A stretch of DNA of 39,932 nt from a virus (lineage: Duplodnaviria > Heunggongvirae > Uroviricota > Caudoviricetes), in the IMG/VR virus record IMGVR_UViG_2859657292_000001, one strand, 5' to 3'. A program made the translations under genes and the position numbers. Shown piece by piece: positions 6,906 to 14,843 of this stretch. Within the stretch, counting starts at the first letter, position 1, and every line of letters starts with the position of its first letter. The notes under the pieces are model-generated. The model saw only the letters and a list, made by a program, of their open reading frames with translations. It did no database searches and was not told the DNA's origin.

Positions 6906-6931
6906 AGGGGCTGGAAACGCCCCTTTCTTTT
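6906..6931 (+). terminator. Intrinsic terminator AGGGGC...GCCCCT-TTCTTTT
   Basis: Stem plus U-rich tract after the stop at 6899. Confidence 0.6.
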
Positions 6932-6957
6932 CGTCCACCAGCTGCCGCAGGGATATT

Positions 6958-7023
6958 CAGAAACGGCCAGAGGGCTGTCCGGGGAACCGAAGGGAAACGG
7001 CCAGGGAATTTTCGGGAAACGGC
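6958..7023 (+). repeat. Second cluster of (G)GGAAACGGC repeats
   Basis: CAGAAACGGC at 6958, GGGAAACGGC at 6992 and 7014. Confidence 0.55.
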
Positions 7024-7513
7024 TGGGTTTGCCTTTATGTAGAAAACAGAGCGGGAGAAGTCCAGAATCCTGCCAGAAAATATCGCAGGGGCGCTGGGGT
7101 AACGCTGGTGGAGTTTCAGCCCCTGAGCCATCCAGATAGCTTTCGCTATGTGATTATGTGAATCCATGGGTAAACCACTGCAAGCGCGTACACGTCGCGC
7201 CAACGTGCCAATGATACGCGAGCGCCCACGGATAGCGCCAACATTGCCGACACGTCCCGAAGGATAGCGCGGATCACGTCGCCAGCTATCGCCAGACGAT
7301 CACGCCCACGACACGACAAAATAATCCACGCGCTAAAACGCTGTAAAACGCGCTATAACGTGTTTTTTTGTGGTTAATGGGTATATACCACCACACATAA
7401 AAACGCGTTAAATTGGCGCATTTATGGCGCTTATTTTGGGTCTGTTTTGGCTGACTTCAGACAATAAAAAACGCGCCAACAATGGCGCGTTATGGTGTGC
7501 GGATCTTGAAACG

Positions 7514-7540
7514 AAAAAAGCGCCCATAGTGGGCGCTTTT
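7514..7540 (-). terminator. Terminator AAAAGCGCCCA-TAG-TGGGCGCTTTT (bidirectional-capable)
   Basis: 11-bp perfect stem immediately after the stop of the 7543-7746 gene. Confidence 0.75.
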
Positions 7541-7542
7541 GT

Positions 7543-7746
7543 TTAAATGCTGTTTTGCAGTTTTCCGATCATTTCAGACAAGCGCAAATATTCACGCTTG
7601 CGCTTACAGTCTCTTTTACTGTTAAGCAAATCAGAAAACGTAAAATTTAATTTGTCACGTTGCGCTTTTAAGTCGTCGATTAATTCAAGTTTATAAGCGC
7701 GATATTTTGCGCGATATTCCGCGCGGATCTGGTCATAACTAATCAT
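7543..7746 (-). CDS. Basic hypothetical protein (67 aa)
   Basis: RBS TAAGGA upstream; AT-rich. Confidence 0.7.
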   Translation of the reverse strand: MISYDQIRAEYRAKYRAYKLELIDDLKAQRDKLNFTFSDLLNSKRDCKRKREYLRLSEMIGKLQNSI

Positions 7747-7764
7747 GATTTTTATCCTTAAAAC

Positions 7765-7785
7765 TAGCGCCCATAGTGGGCGCTA
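7765..7785 (-). terminator. Hairpin TAGCGCCCA-TAG-TGGGCGCTA
   Basis: Core is identical to the hairpin at 7514-7540; follows the stop at 7797. Confidence 0.6.
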
Positions 7786-7796
7786 TATCCATCTAA

Positions 7797-8447
7797 TTAC
7801 GCTTTGAAAGCATCAGCCAGATAGTTATAAAAATCATTCTTGATAAAGCGATATTGTTGCGATCCGTTTTTAGCAGCGCCCATTCCTTTGATTTTCTCGA
7901 CCAGTCCGAGACGTTCACACAAATTGATAAGCTGATTGGCTTGAGTGTAGCCAGCGTCTAATTTAATCTCACATGCTTTTTTAGCTTCATTCATTAAATC
8001 GAATACAGCGCCATTTGTGAATGTCTCCATTTCATCATTAATCATTTCGATTAATGCGAATACGCGAGATCCGGACATATCAGCGACGGAATAAACGCAT
8101 TTACCAGACTTGATAGATTTAACCAGATAAACCAATTTTTCGAGTGAATAGCTATTGGTCATAGCTTCGCGGAAAAACACTTCTGGCGCTTGTTTGCTTG
8201 CTTTAATCGCGTAGTAAAAGACACCAGCTAATTTCTCATCATTAACAGCGTTTAAAACGTTGTTGGTGAAGTATGCAAGTTTGGTAGTCGCTGCAAGCAT
8301 GTTAGCTTTATCTGCTTTTGTGTGCGTACCATTCTGATAATGATTGTTATAAGTCTGAGTAGCATTATTGGCTGCAACTTGTAATTCATTAGCGATAACT
8401 ACAGCAGCGTCGATGATGGATTTTTTAGAGATGGCAACGTTAGACAT
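7797..8447 (-). CDS. Hypothetical protein (216 aa), possible C-terminal winged helix
   Basis: Strong RBS TAAGGA. The C-terminal YTQANQLINLCERLGLVEK..G segment is wHTH-like (weak). Confidence 0.75.
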   Translation of the reverse strand: MSNVAISKKSIIDAAVVIANELQVAANNATQTYNNHYQNGTHTKADKANMLAATTKLAYFTNNVLNAVNDEKLAGVFYYAIKASKQAPEVFFREAMTNSYSLEKLVYLVKSIKSGKCVYSVADMSGSRVFALIEMINDEMETFTNGAVFDLMNEAKKACEIKLDAGYTQANQLINLCERLGLVEKIKGMGAAKNGSQQYRFIKNDFYNYLADAFKA

Positions 8448-8525
8448 GATATTAATCCTTATGTAATATTGATAACTTAATTTGTTATTTGTTTATCGTT
8501 AGCGTGTTCGCTTTCGATGTGACTA

Positions 8526-8585
8526 ATTATCGATATACAGAAATTAAAATCAAGAGTTTTTTACACGGGAACGTAAAAAAATTTT
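8526..8585 (-). promoter_or_regulatory. Putative sigma70 promoter TTGATT-N16-GATAAT with A/T-rich upstream tract
   Basis: -35 at 8553-8548 and -10 at 8531-8526 on the minus strand, upstream of the 8447 start. Confidence 0.45.
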
Positions 8586-8733
8586 CTTCAATAAAAATCA
8601 AAGTCTTAGAAATAAATCGCGTTTTCTCGAAGGTGTTGCCTAAATAAATTCCCTATTCGGTCATTCACCCTTATATATTTAAAATGGAATAGGGGTTAGG
8701 GGAAATAAATATAACGGGAAGTGACACATAAAA

Positions 8734-8759
8734 TAATAACCGGACTTAGCCGGTTATTA
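8734..8759 (-). terminator. Terminator TAATAACCGG...CCGGTTATTA
   Basis: 10-bp stem just downstream of the leftward operon. Confidence 0.65.
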
Positions 8760-8770
8760 CCCTTATAGAT

Positions 8771-9298
8771 TTAAAACGGTAAAATCCGTTCGACCCAATC
8801 GAACATGACGACTGTCTTCCGACCGTCCCCCATGTTGAGCGTGACCTGGCAAGCGTCAACGCCTGAAGACACACCCTCAATTTCACGGCCATCCGCCATG
8901 TAGACCCTTATAGACTTCTGCATCTCATGAGCCTGGCGACAAATTTTGAAGAAATCACGGCGAGATGGCCGATTGTCCACATAGTCTGGGTGTACCGTTG
9001 TCCGACCCGTGAAATCGTGCGCAATGCCTTCTGTCACACCTGATTCAATCGTACTGATTCGCTCAAGTGGGAGCCTTATACGATTTTCTTTGTCGAACGG
9101 GGCAGGGCAAAGATCGACTTTGTTGCGCGACGACATGAGACCCTGAACGTACATGCAGAACACCTGACCATCTTCCATCGTGACCCTTACAGGAATGAGA
9201 GACTTACGCCAGAACATCAGCGCCTTCTCCACGTTGGTGTAATCGCGCGGCCAGACTTCTGCAGGAATCCCGTAGGTGATGTCAGTAATATTCGTCAT
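8771..9298 (-). CDS. Protein with two predicted Sm/Hfq-like (SH3-type) domains (175 aa)
   Basis: Both halves show R/K..I/V.V.M.DG...(G)...hydrophobic strand...I; start placed at ATG 9298, 4 nt after the upstream stop. Confidence 0.55.
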   Translation of the reverse strand: MTNITDITYGIPAEVWPRDYTNVEKALMFWRKSLIPVRVTMEDGQVFCMYVQGLMSSRNKVDLCPAPFDKENRIRLPLERISTIESGVTEGIAHDFTGRTTVHPDYVDNRPSRRDFFKICRQAHEMQKSIRVYMADGREIEGVSSGVDACQVTLNMGDGRKTVVMFDWVERILPF

Positions 9299-9302
9299 AT
9301 CG

Positions 9303-9725
9303 TCACAGTGTCGTTGGTAGGATATCGATGTCACCTGCGTTGCTGGTGAACACCCGGAAGACTTTCGTCTCGCCAGCTTTGGTGATGGTCTCGCGTTCCT
9401 GACGAGCAGGGTTCAGTGCGCACAGCCCGGCGCCTTCCAGTGAAGCGCCAACAATCCATTGCCCGGCATCAAGATGAAACGTCGCTTTTTCACCGGTCTC
9501 AAGTTTCGCAACCGTCTCACCATTGATGAAGATGGATGCGTCACAGCCCGCACCTATCATACCTTTGTCCCTCATAACCACCAGCGTGGTTGGTGCAGAC
9601 GTCTGGTATTTGAAAACTCTGGCCTGCGGAGCCGGTTTTGCATCAGCTACAGACACAGGGCGGGATGAACATGCACTCAGGAGTAAAACGGGGATGGTAA
9701 TCAGTGGAAGTAGAACGTGTTTCAT
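9303..9725 (-). CDS. Lipoprotein (lipobox LLSA-C)
   Basis: MKHVLLPLITIPVLLLSACSS signal peptidase II site; beta-rich mature domain. Confidence 0.8.
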   Translation of the reverse strand: MKHVLLPLITIPVLLLSACSSRPVSVADAKPAPQARVFKYQTSAPTTLVVMRDKGMIGAGCDASIFINGETVAKLETGEKATFHLDAGQWIVGASLEGAGLCALNPARQERETITKAGETKVFRVFTSNAGDIDILPTTL

Positions 9726-9784
9726 GGCTTGAACTAAATCCTTATCACTTCAACGAACAAGGCGTCTTGCGACGCCCTTAATGC

Positions 9785-10063
9785 TTAATCGAGACGTTTG
9801 AGAATATCGGCCAGATCTTCTTTGGTCATGCCAGAGGATTCGTAAATCTTCATGACCTTTTCACGGGCCTTTGCAGAAGCCTCTAATGACGTAGCTGCCT
9901 TATCAAAATCAGCCATCGTCATGTTGGACAGCACCAGATTGATGATGTCTGCCTTTGACAGCTTAATATTGCGTTCACGCAGTCGATTCTGAAAGGTTTC
10001 CAGCTTGTCGTTTGCTTTTTCGGTTAACTGAACCTGGCAGTGTATAGCGCGTTTCTCGCTCAT
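9785..10063 (-). CDS. Putative ribbon-helix-helix-like DNA-binding protein
   Basis: N-terminal alternating strand HCQVQLT, then helix, then LSKADIINLVL, an RHH-like pattern. Confidence 0.5.
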   Translation of the reverse strand: MSEKRAIHCQVQLTEKANDKLETFQNRLRERNIKLSKADIINLVLSNMTMADFDKAATSLEASAKAREKVMKIYESSGMTKEDLADILKRLD

Positions 10064-10065
10064 GC

Positions 10066-11625
10066 TTACTCTCTATTCAAAACAGTGAAATCGAATGTGC
10101 TACCCACCGGCAAAACGCCCTCGGCAAACCCAGGCGTCGTGTCGATAATGTGCTTCCGCTCATATGAATGCGACATGAGATATTTGTTGCTCACGTCGAT
10201 AAAGTCGGTAATAAAGCACACGTTAGCCTGATTCTTTTTGGCTCGAAGACCGCGACCAACACGTTGGCGCATCTCAACTTCGGCTTTGCCGCCACCACCC
10301 AGAATCACCGCCCCTACGCTTGGAACGTCGACACCAACATCCAGAATGGTTGAACCAATCAGAACATCTATCTTGCCTGCCGCCAGACTGTTGAGCTTTG
10401 CTTGTCGGGTAGTCTGGTTTGATTCTCCGTAGATGAAATCGACCTTCAGGCCGCTTTCCTTCATCATTTCCATCAAAATCTGACCATGACGCTTCAAACG
10501 AACCAGCGTCATACAGTTCAGACCGTGACTTTTGTACATTAACGCTTCGCGCACAATAGCCTCGTTGCGGCCCAGATTGTAAACGATGCCTAACTGATAG
10601 GCTTTCTGGTAAGCCGTACTCATTCCAACCCGAAAGTTCAGGTGTTTCGAAGCAAGTTCGGCCCTAATCCGCACCTCGTCTGGAGTGTACGCGATTTTAT
10701 GATATAGAAAGTATGGTTTCGCTAAAATACCTCGATCGATCAAATATTTCTCCGTTACCTTTATCTCAATGCGGCCGGCAACGGCCATGAGACGCATATT
10801 TGCCTCGGTCGAGTCCTTCATGAACGGCGTAGCTGTCAGCGCCAGACGGTAATCGGCATTGATGCACAACCGGGCGATATCGTAGAAGTTTGAACCAGAT
10901 GATTCGTGTGCCTCTTCCAGAATCAGCAGAGAAACGCTGGACAGAAAGCGCTTAACCAGTTCCCGGCGCTTCAGGTGGTACTGTTTTTTCTCCGGTGATG
11001 CGTCGCGCGGTGGTTCTTCGAGAAAACTGGCCAGGGTCTGCACCGTGGCAACGTTGATATGGCGCGAGACCTGGAACTCACCAGATCCAATCACCCCAAC
11101 TTTCTGACCTTTCAACCACGGCTCGCCATTCTCAGCGCGGTAGTCGATGGATTTCTGGAAGTTCTCTGCCATCTGGAACATCAGAACCGAGCGCGTGGTT
11201 AAAAACAGCGTCATACGACCAATGCGAGCAGCTGCCTTACACGCTACGTTCGATTTACCGCCACCCGTCGCAATCTGGGCAATCATCATCCCTTCGCGCA
11301 CCAGTGTTTCCACAGTCTGATCCTGATACGCATAGTCCGGGTTATACGGGAATGGGTTAACTACCGGGTTCGGCTTGCCAAGCGCGGGGGCTTTTTCCTT
11401 GCGCACATGCACGCATTTGATGCCAGCTTTCAGAAGGTTGGCCGCTACTGGCTTCGCAAACCCAGCCGGGAACGCGTTTTTGCTCCAGTTGAACATCGTG
11501 CTGGTTCCTTTCCAGTCACCAGCCTCCACTTCATAGCTCAACATCTCCTGAACGAGCCGTTTCACGTTGTCATCAGCGCCAGAAATCAGCGCATTGACTG
11601 CATTCGATACAATCCGAACTGTCAT
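10066..11625 (-). CDS. Superfamily 2 DNA helicase (UvsW/DExH-like)
   Basis: Walker A IATGGGKS, motif II EEAH, motif III LTAT, motif V LDVGVDVP, motif VI QRVGRGLR. Confidence 0.9.
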   Translation of the reverse strand: MTVRIVSNAVNALISGADDNVKRLVQEMLSYEVEAGDWKGTSTMFNWSKNAFPAGFAKPVAANLLKAGIKCVHVRKEKAPALGKPNPVVNPFPYNPDYAYQDQTVETLVREGMMIAQIATGGGKSNVACKAAARIGRMTLFLTTRSVLMFQMAENFQKSIDYRAENGEPWLKGQKVGVIGSGEFQVSRHINVATVQTLASFLEEPPRDASPEKKQYHLKRRELVKRFLSSVSLLILEEAHESSGSNFYDIARLCINADYRLALTATPFMKDSTEANMRLMAVAGRIEIKVTEKYLIDRGILAKPYFLYHKIAYTPDEVRIRAELASKHLNFRVGMSTAYQKAYQLGIVYNLGRNEAIVREALMYKSHGLNCMTLVRLKRHGQILMEMMKESGLKVDFIYGESNQTTRQAKLNSLAAGKIDVLIGSTILDVGVDVPSVGAVILGGGGKAEVEMRQRVGRGLRAKKNQANVCFITDFIDVSNKYLMSHSYERKHIIDTTPGFAEGVLPVGSTFDFTVLNRE

Positions 11626-11664
11626 AAACCTCTTTCCTTCGTGCCTTTTGTATGGTAATTGGCT

Positions 11665-11689
11665 ATTATAGTAAGTAAGTGCTTATGCA
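11665..11689 (-). promoter_or_regulatory. Motif B (TGCATAAGCACTTACTTA on minus strand) + 1 nt + perfect -10 TATAAT
   Basis: TATAAT at 11670-11665 points at the helicase operon; the site sits in the divergent intergenic region. Confidence 0.65.
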
Positions 11690-12388
11690 ATGGATTGTAT
11701 CAGAATTATGGATGTGAAAATTACGATTCTGCAGGTGGAAGTCGCGAACCTGCGTCCGAATCCCTGGAATACCAACTCCGTTGGGGCGCAAAACTTCGAA
11801 AAACTGAAAGGCTCTATCGAAAAATTGGGCTTTTTTAAGCCAATTCTGGCGCGGGAGCTGGACGGGGGCGTTTTTGAGATCCTCGGTGGCGAACACCGCT
11901 GGCGTGCCGCGATGGAGCAGGGCATTTCAACGGTTCCCGTCATCTCCGTGGGCAAAATTAACGACCTGGTGGCCAAACAGATGTCCCTCGTCGATAACGA
12001 GCGCTACGGCGAAGACGATCAGGTCGCTTTGCAGCGCTTAATCGAAGAAATCCAGTCTGAAATCGACTACCGGTTGTCCGATATCGCCCCGTATGACGAC
12101 GAAATGGCGGCAACACTCGCCAAAGCGTCAGTTATCGATCTTGAAGCGCTGGAAGCGCTCTCCCGTGGCGATGACGAGCCGGTCGATGAGGACAAACGCG
12201 AGAAAACCGAGCGAGTCGGCGCTGAACACCAGACGATGCGCTTCAAAGTGACGTTTGATGCGTCAGATCGCGTCGCCGACACCATCAAAACCATCATCAA
12301 AGAGCAGGGAATCAATACCGGTAACGAAATGGAGAACGCCGGGGAAGCTCTGGTGTGGCTGGTCGACTACTACAAGGAGCGTATGTAA
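11690..12388 (+). CDS. ParB/Srx N-terminal domain protein 1 (start could be 11708)
   Basis: LRPNPWNTN...SIEKLGFFKPIL...EILGGEHRWRAA ParBc signature; no central ParB HTH apparent. Confidence 0.85.
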   Translation: MDCIRIMDVKITILQVEVANLRPNPWNTNSVGAQNFEKLKGSIEKLGFFKPILARELDGGVFEILGGEHRWRAAMEQGISTVPVISVGKINDLVAKQMSLVDNERYGEDDQVALQRLIEEIQSEIDYRLSDIAPYDDEMAATLAKASVIDLEALEALSRGDDEPVDEDKREKTERVGAEHQTMRFKVTFDASDRVADTIKTIIKEQGINTGNEMENAGEALVWLVDYYKERM

Positions 12389-13056
12389 TGACCAAAAACT
12401 TTGAAATCGTCTATCGAAACCCGGCAGAACTCATCCCGTATGAGATGAACGCCAAAAAACATGACGAACAGCAGATCCGCGACCTGGCGGCCGCCATCAA
12501 AAAGCGCGGGTTTGACCAGCCGATCACGGTCGACAAGCACGACGTCATCATTACTGGCCACGGTCGTCGCGAGGCGGCTCTTCTGGCTGGTCTGGAGCGT
12601 GTGCCGGTCATCGTTCGCGACGATCTGAGCGAAGAAGAAGTGAAGGCGAAGCGTCTGGAAGACAACCGCCTGGCCAGTATTGACTACGACGCCATCAAAT
12701 TGCAGCAGGAACTGGAATCCCTGGTGCTGGGAGAGGTCGAGGTCTTCGGTTTTGAAGAGCGCGAGCTGAACGTGCTTGTTGGTAGCATGACCGAAGAGAT
12801 GGAAACCGGCTCTCTGGTGCTCGATCTGGGCGAAGAGACGGAACGCCAGAAAGAAGAGCACACCGAGATCAGTCGCGAAGTGGCCTCTGAAGAAGTCCGC
12901 GTCATCGACGTATTGGGCTTTAAAACGCTCCCTGCTGGCTCTGCCATTGTGGTTGGGGATTTGCTTGCCCACATGGAAGAAATCACGGGAGAGAGCGGGG
13001 TAGACGCTTTCGTGGCGTATGCGGAGAAAGTTTCTTCTGGGGAGCTGGCTGCATGA
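12388..13056 (+). CDS. ParB/Srx N-terminal domain protein 2
   Basis: LIPYEMNAKKH...GFDQPITVD...IITGHGRREAA...EDNRL signature; AAGGAG RBS; TAATG coupling. Confidence 0.85.
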   Translation: MTKNFEIVYRNPAELIPYEMNAKKHDEQQIRDLAAAIKKRGFDQPITVDKHDVIITGHGRREAALLAGLERVPVIVRDDLSEEEVKAKRLEDNRLASIDYDAIKLQQELESLVLGEVEVFGFEERELNVLVGSMTEEMETGSLVLDLGEETERQKEEHTEISREVASEEVRVIDVLGFKTLPAGSAIVVGDLLAHMEEITGESGVDAFVAYAEKVSSGELAA

Positions 13057-13691
13057 GCAAATACACCATCAACGTATCGTTTCAGACCCGCGTGAACAAA
13101 ACCACGCGCACGCTGGAGATTGCCGAATCGTTCGGTCTTGGCCTGGACGAAAAAGAGTGGACGCTTTACGACAATCTGGAGCTGGAAGTGAAGCAGGGCG
13201 ATGTGGTGTACATCACCGGCCAATCCGGTTCCGGTAAATCCGTTGTGCTGCGCGAGCTGCAACGCCAGATGAAGGATGAAGGGCTTTCTGTAGCCTCCAT
13301 CGATGACTTTGCCTTCGACAATGAGGTTAACGTCATTGACCAGCTGGGCAAAACCACCAGCGAAGCTCTGGGGCTGCTGTCTATGGCCGGATTGAATGAC
13401 GCCTATCTCTTTGTGCGCAAGCCATCCGAGATGTCTGATGGTCAGAAATACCGTCTCAAGATCGCCAAGCTGATCGAGTCAGGCGCCAAAGTCTGGGCAG
13501 CCGACGAATTTGGCGCTGTTCTCGACCGTGTAACCGCTCAGGTTGTGGCGTCGAACCTCCAGCGTGCCGCCCGAAAGGTTGGTGCGACGGTAATGGTGGC
13601 GACGACCCACGAAGACCTTAAGAACGCGCTGCGCCCGGATATGCAGATCACCAAGCACTACAAAGAACGCGTGAAGGTGGAATATGCCTGA
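13053..13691 (+). CDS. Stand-alone ABC-type ATPase (COG2401-like ATPase half)
   Basis: Walker A GQSGSGKS, signature MSDGQKYR, Walker B WAADEF, H-loop ATTH; no membrane partner nearby. Confidence 0.9.
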   Translation: MSKYTINVSFQTRVNKTTRTLEIAESFGLGLDEKEWTLYDNLELEVKQGDVVYITGQSGSGKSVVLRELQRQMKDEGLSVASIDDFAFDNEVNVIDQLGKTTSEALGLLSMAGLNDAYLFVRKPSEMSDGQKYRLKIAKLIESGAKVWAADEFGAVLDRVTAQVVASNLQRAARKVGATVMVATTHEDLKNALRPDMQITKHYKERVKVEYA

Positions 13692-13938
13692 TTTGAAGAT
13701 CGTAGAGCTGAAGCCATCTAAAGAGGCTGACAACAACAACGTTGAAGTCATCCGCCTGCTTGAAGAAGCACTCCAGTACGCCAGAGAAGGCAAAAGCCAG
13801 AGCCTGGCGCTGCTGATGATCAACAACGACGGCAGTGTTCTGGATTGCTGGCATAACGGTGGGCGTCCATACGTCATGGTTGGGGCGATGGAATCGCTTC
13901 GCCTGGACTTCATCAATGCCAATATCGAGCGCAGGTGA
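13684..13938 (+). CDS. Small hypothetical protein (84 aa)
   Basis: Overlaps the upstream ATPase stop and lies in the same operon as the downstream GNAT gene. Confidence 0.7.
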   Translation: MPDLKIVELKPSKEADNNNVEVIRLLEEALQYAREGKSQSLALLMINNDGSVLDCWHNGGRPYVMVGAMESLRLDFINANIERR

Positions 13939-13943
13939 TCGAC

Positions 13944-14834
13944 ATGACAGACATCATCATCAAACGCTACCGCCCGGAAGAGTTCCCGCGTCATCTGGAC
14001 TTTCTGGAGCGTATGACCGTTACCAAAGGCACGGTTGAAGACTGGCACGCGCTGAAGTCGCTGCACTACAAGACGGATGGTAAGCCGTTCGCGCCAACGT
14101 ATTATCGCTGCGAACTGGACGACCGGCTGGTGGGCGTCGTGGTTATGGCTTACCCGAAACTGCTGCTGGCGCCTCGCCATCGCATGTTTCCTAAGCTGAA
14201 GCCAACGACCAATACCACCGTGGCCAACCAGTATTGGGGCCGGTACGTGAACAACAACTTTGCGGTGATCAGCCGTTCCGTTGTGGACACTCAGTACCGC
14301 GGCGTCGGCGTCTCCTATCGAATGATTAACCTGGTTAGCAGGATGCACGACCGGCCAATCATCGAGATCCAGTCGTCGATGAGCAAATACAACCCGTTCG
14401 CCATGAAAGCAGGGTTCCAGTTCATCCGTCCGGAGCGTCCGAAGAGCTATGAGAGTGCGTTGCGCGTCTTCCAGCGTCATTTCCGTTCCGACCCTGGCGA
14501 CAACGAAGCGATCGTCAAAGAGCTGTTCGCCATGAGTGAGTCTCGCCGTCGTCGTGCGCTGCGTGATCTGGTCGCTGACTACCACAAGAACAGTTCCCTG
14601 GCCAAAGCCGGGCGTAATCGTGGCACGACGATTCAGGACATTGCCGACAGCCTGGTGGACGAGGCCAGCATCGTGAAGCTGCTCAAGGACATTCACAACC
14701 TGAGCTTCACGTCTCCGCTGTATGGTGTGTACCGAAACCCGGACTTTGGTCGTCAGTTGCCGGATACGCTGCCACTGCTGGCATTCGACAAACAGCCTTT
14801 GAATAAACCTCTTGAAATTGCATTACCGGCATAA
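13944..14834 (+). CDS. GNAT-fold acetyltransferase, Mom-like / COG2401 acetyltransferase half
   Basis: LHY...YYRC....RLVGVVVMAYP and ISRSVVDTQYRGVGVS (acetyl-CoA motif R.V....YRG.G), plus NPFAMKAGF. RBS AGGTG favours ATG 13944. Confidence 0.75.
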   Translation: MTDIIIKRYRPEEFPRHLDFLERMTVTKGTVEDWHALKSLHYKTDGKPFAPTYYRCELDDRLVGVVVMAYPKLLLAPRHRMFPKLKPTTNTTVANQYWGRYVNNNFAVISRSVVDTQYRGVGVSYRMINLVSRMHDRPIIEIQSSMSKYNPFAMKAGFQFIRPERPKSYESALRVFQRHFRSDPGDNEAIVKELFAMSESRRRRALRDLVADYHKNSSLAKAGRNRGTTIQDIADSLVDEASIVKLLKDIHNLSFTSPLYGVYRNPDFGRQLPDTLPLLAFDKQPLNKPLEIALPA

Positions 14835-14843
14835 GGATTTGCC

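Noticed and set aside
3572-6909. KOPS-like GGGNAGGG octamers (3572, 6753, 6902; reverse copy at 571)
   Set aside because: Few copies, in G-rich or coding context, and no dif-like site was seen in the window.
11690-13056. Annotation as the plasmid ParAB partition system
   Set aside because: No ParA Walker-type ATPase adjacent and no clear parS-binding HTH; context next to the terminase and a GNAT fits ParB-like accessory proteins.
13053-13691. Annotation as a membrane ABC transporter
   Set aside because: No transmembrane or substrate-binding partner nearby; context points to a soluble ATPase partnered with the GNAT.
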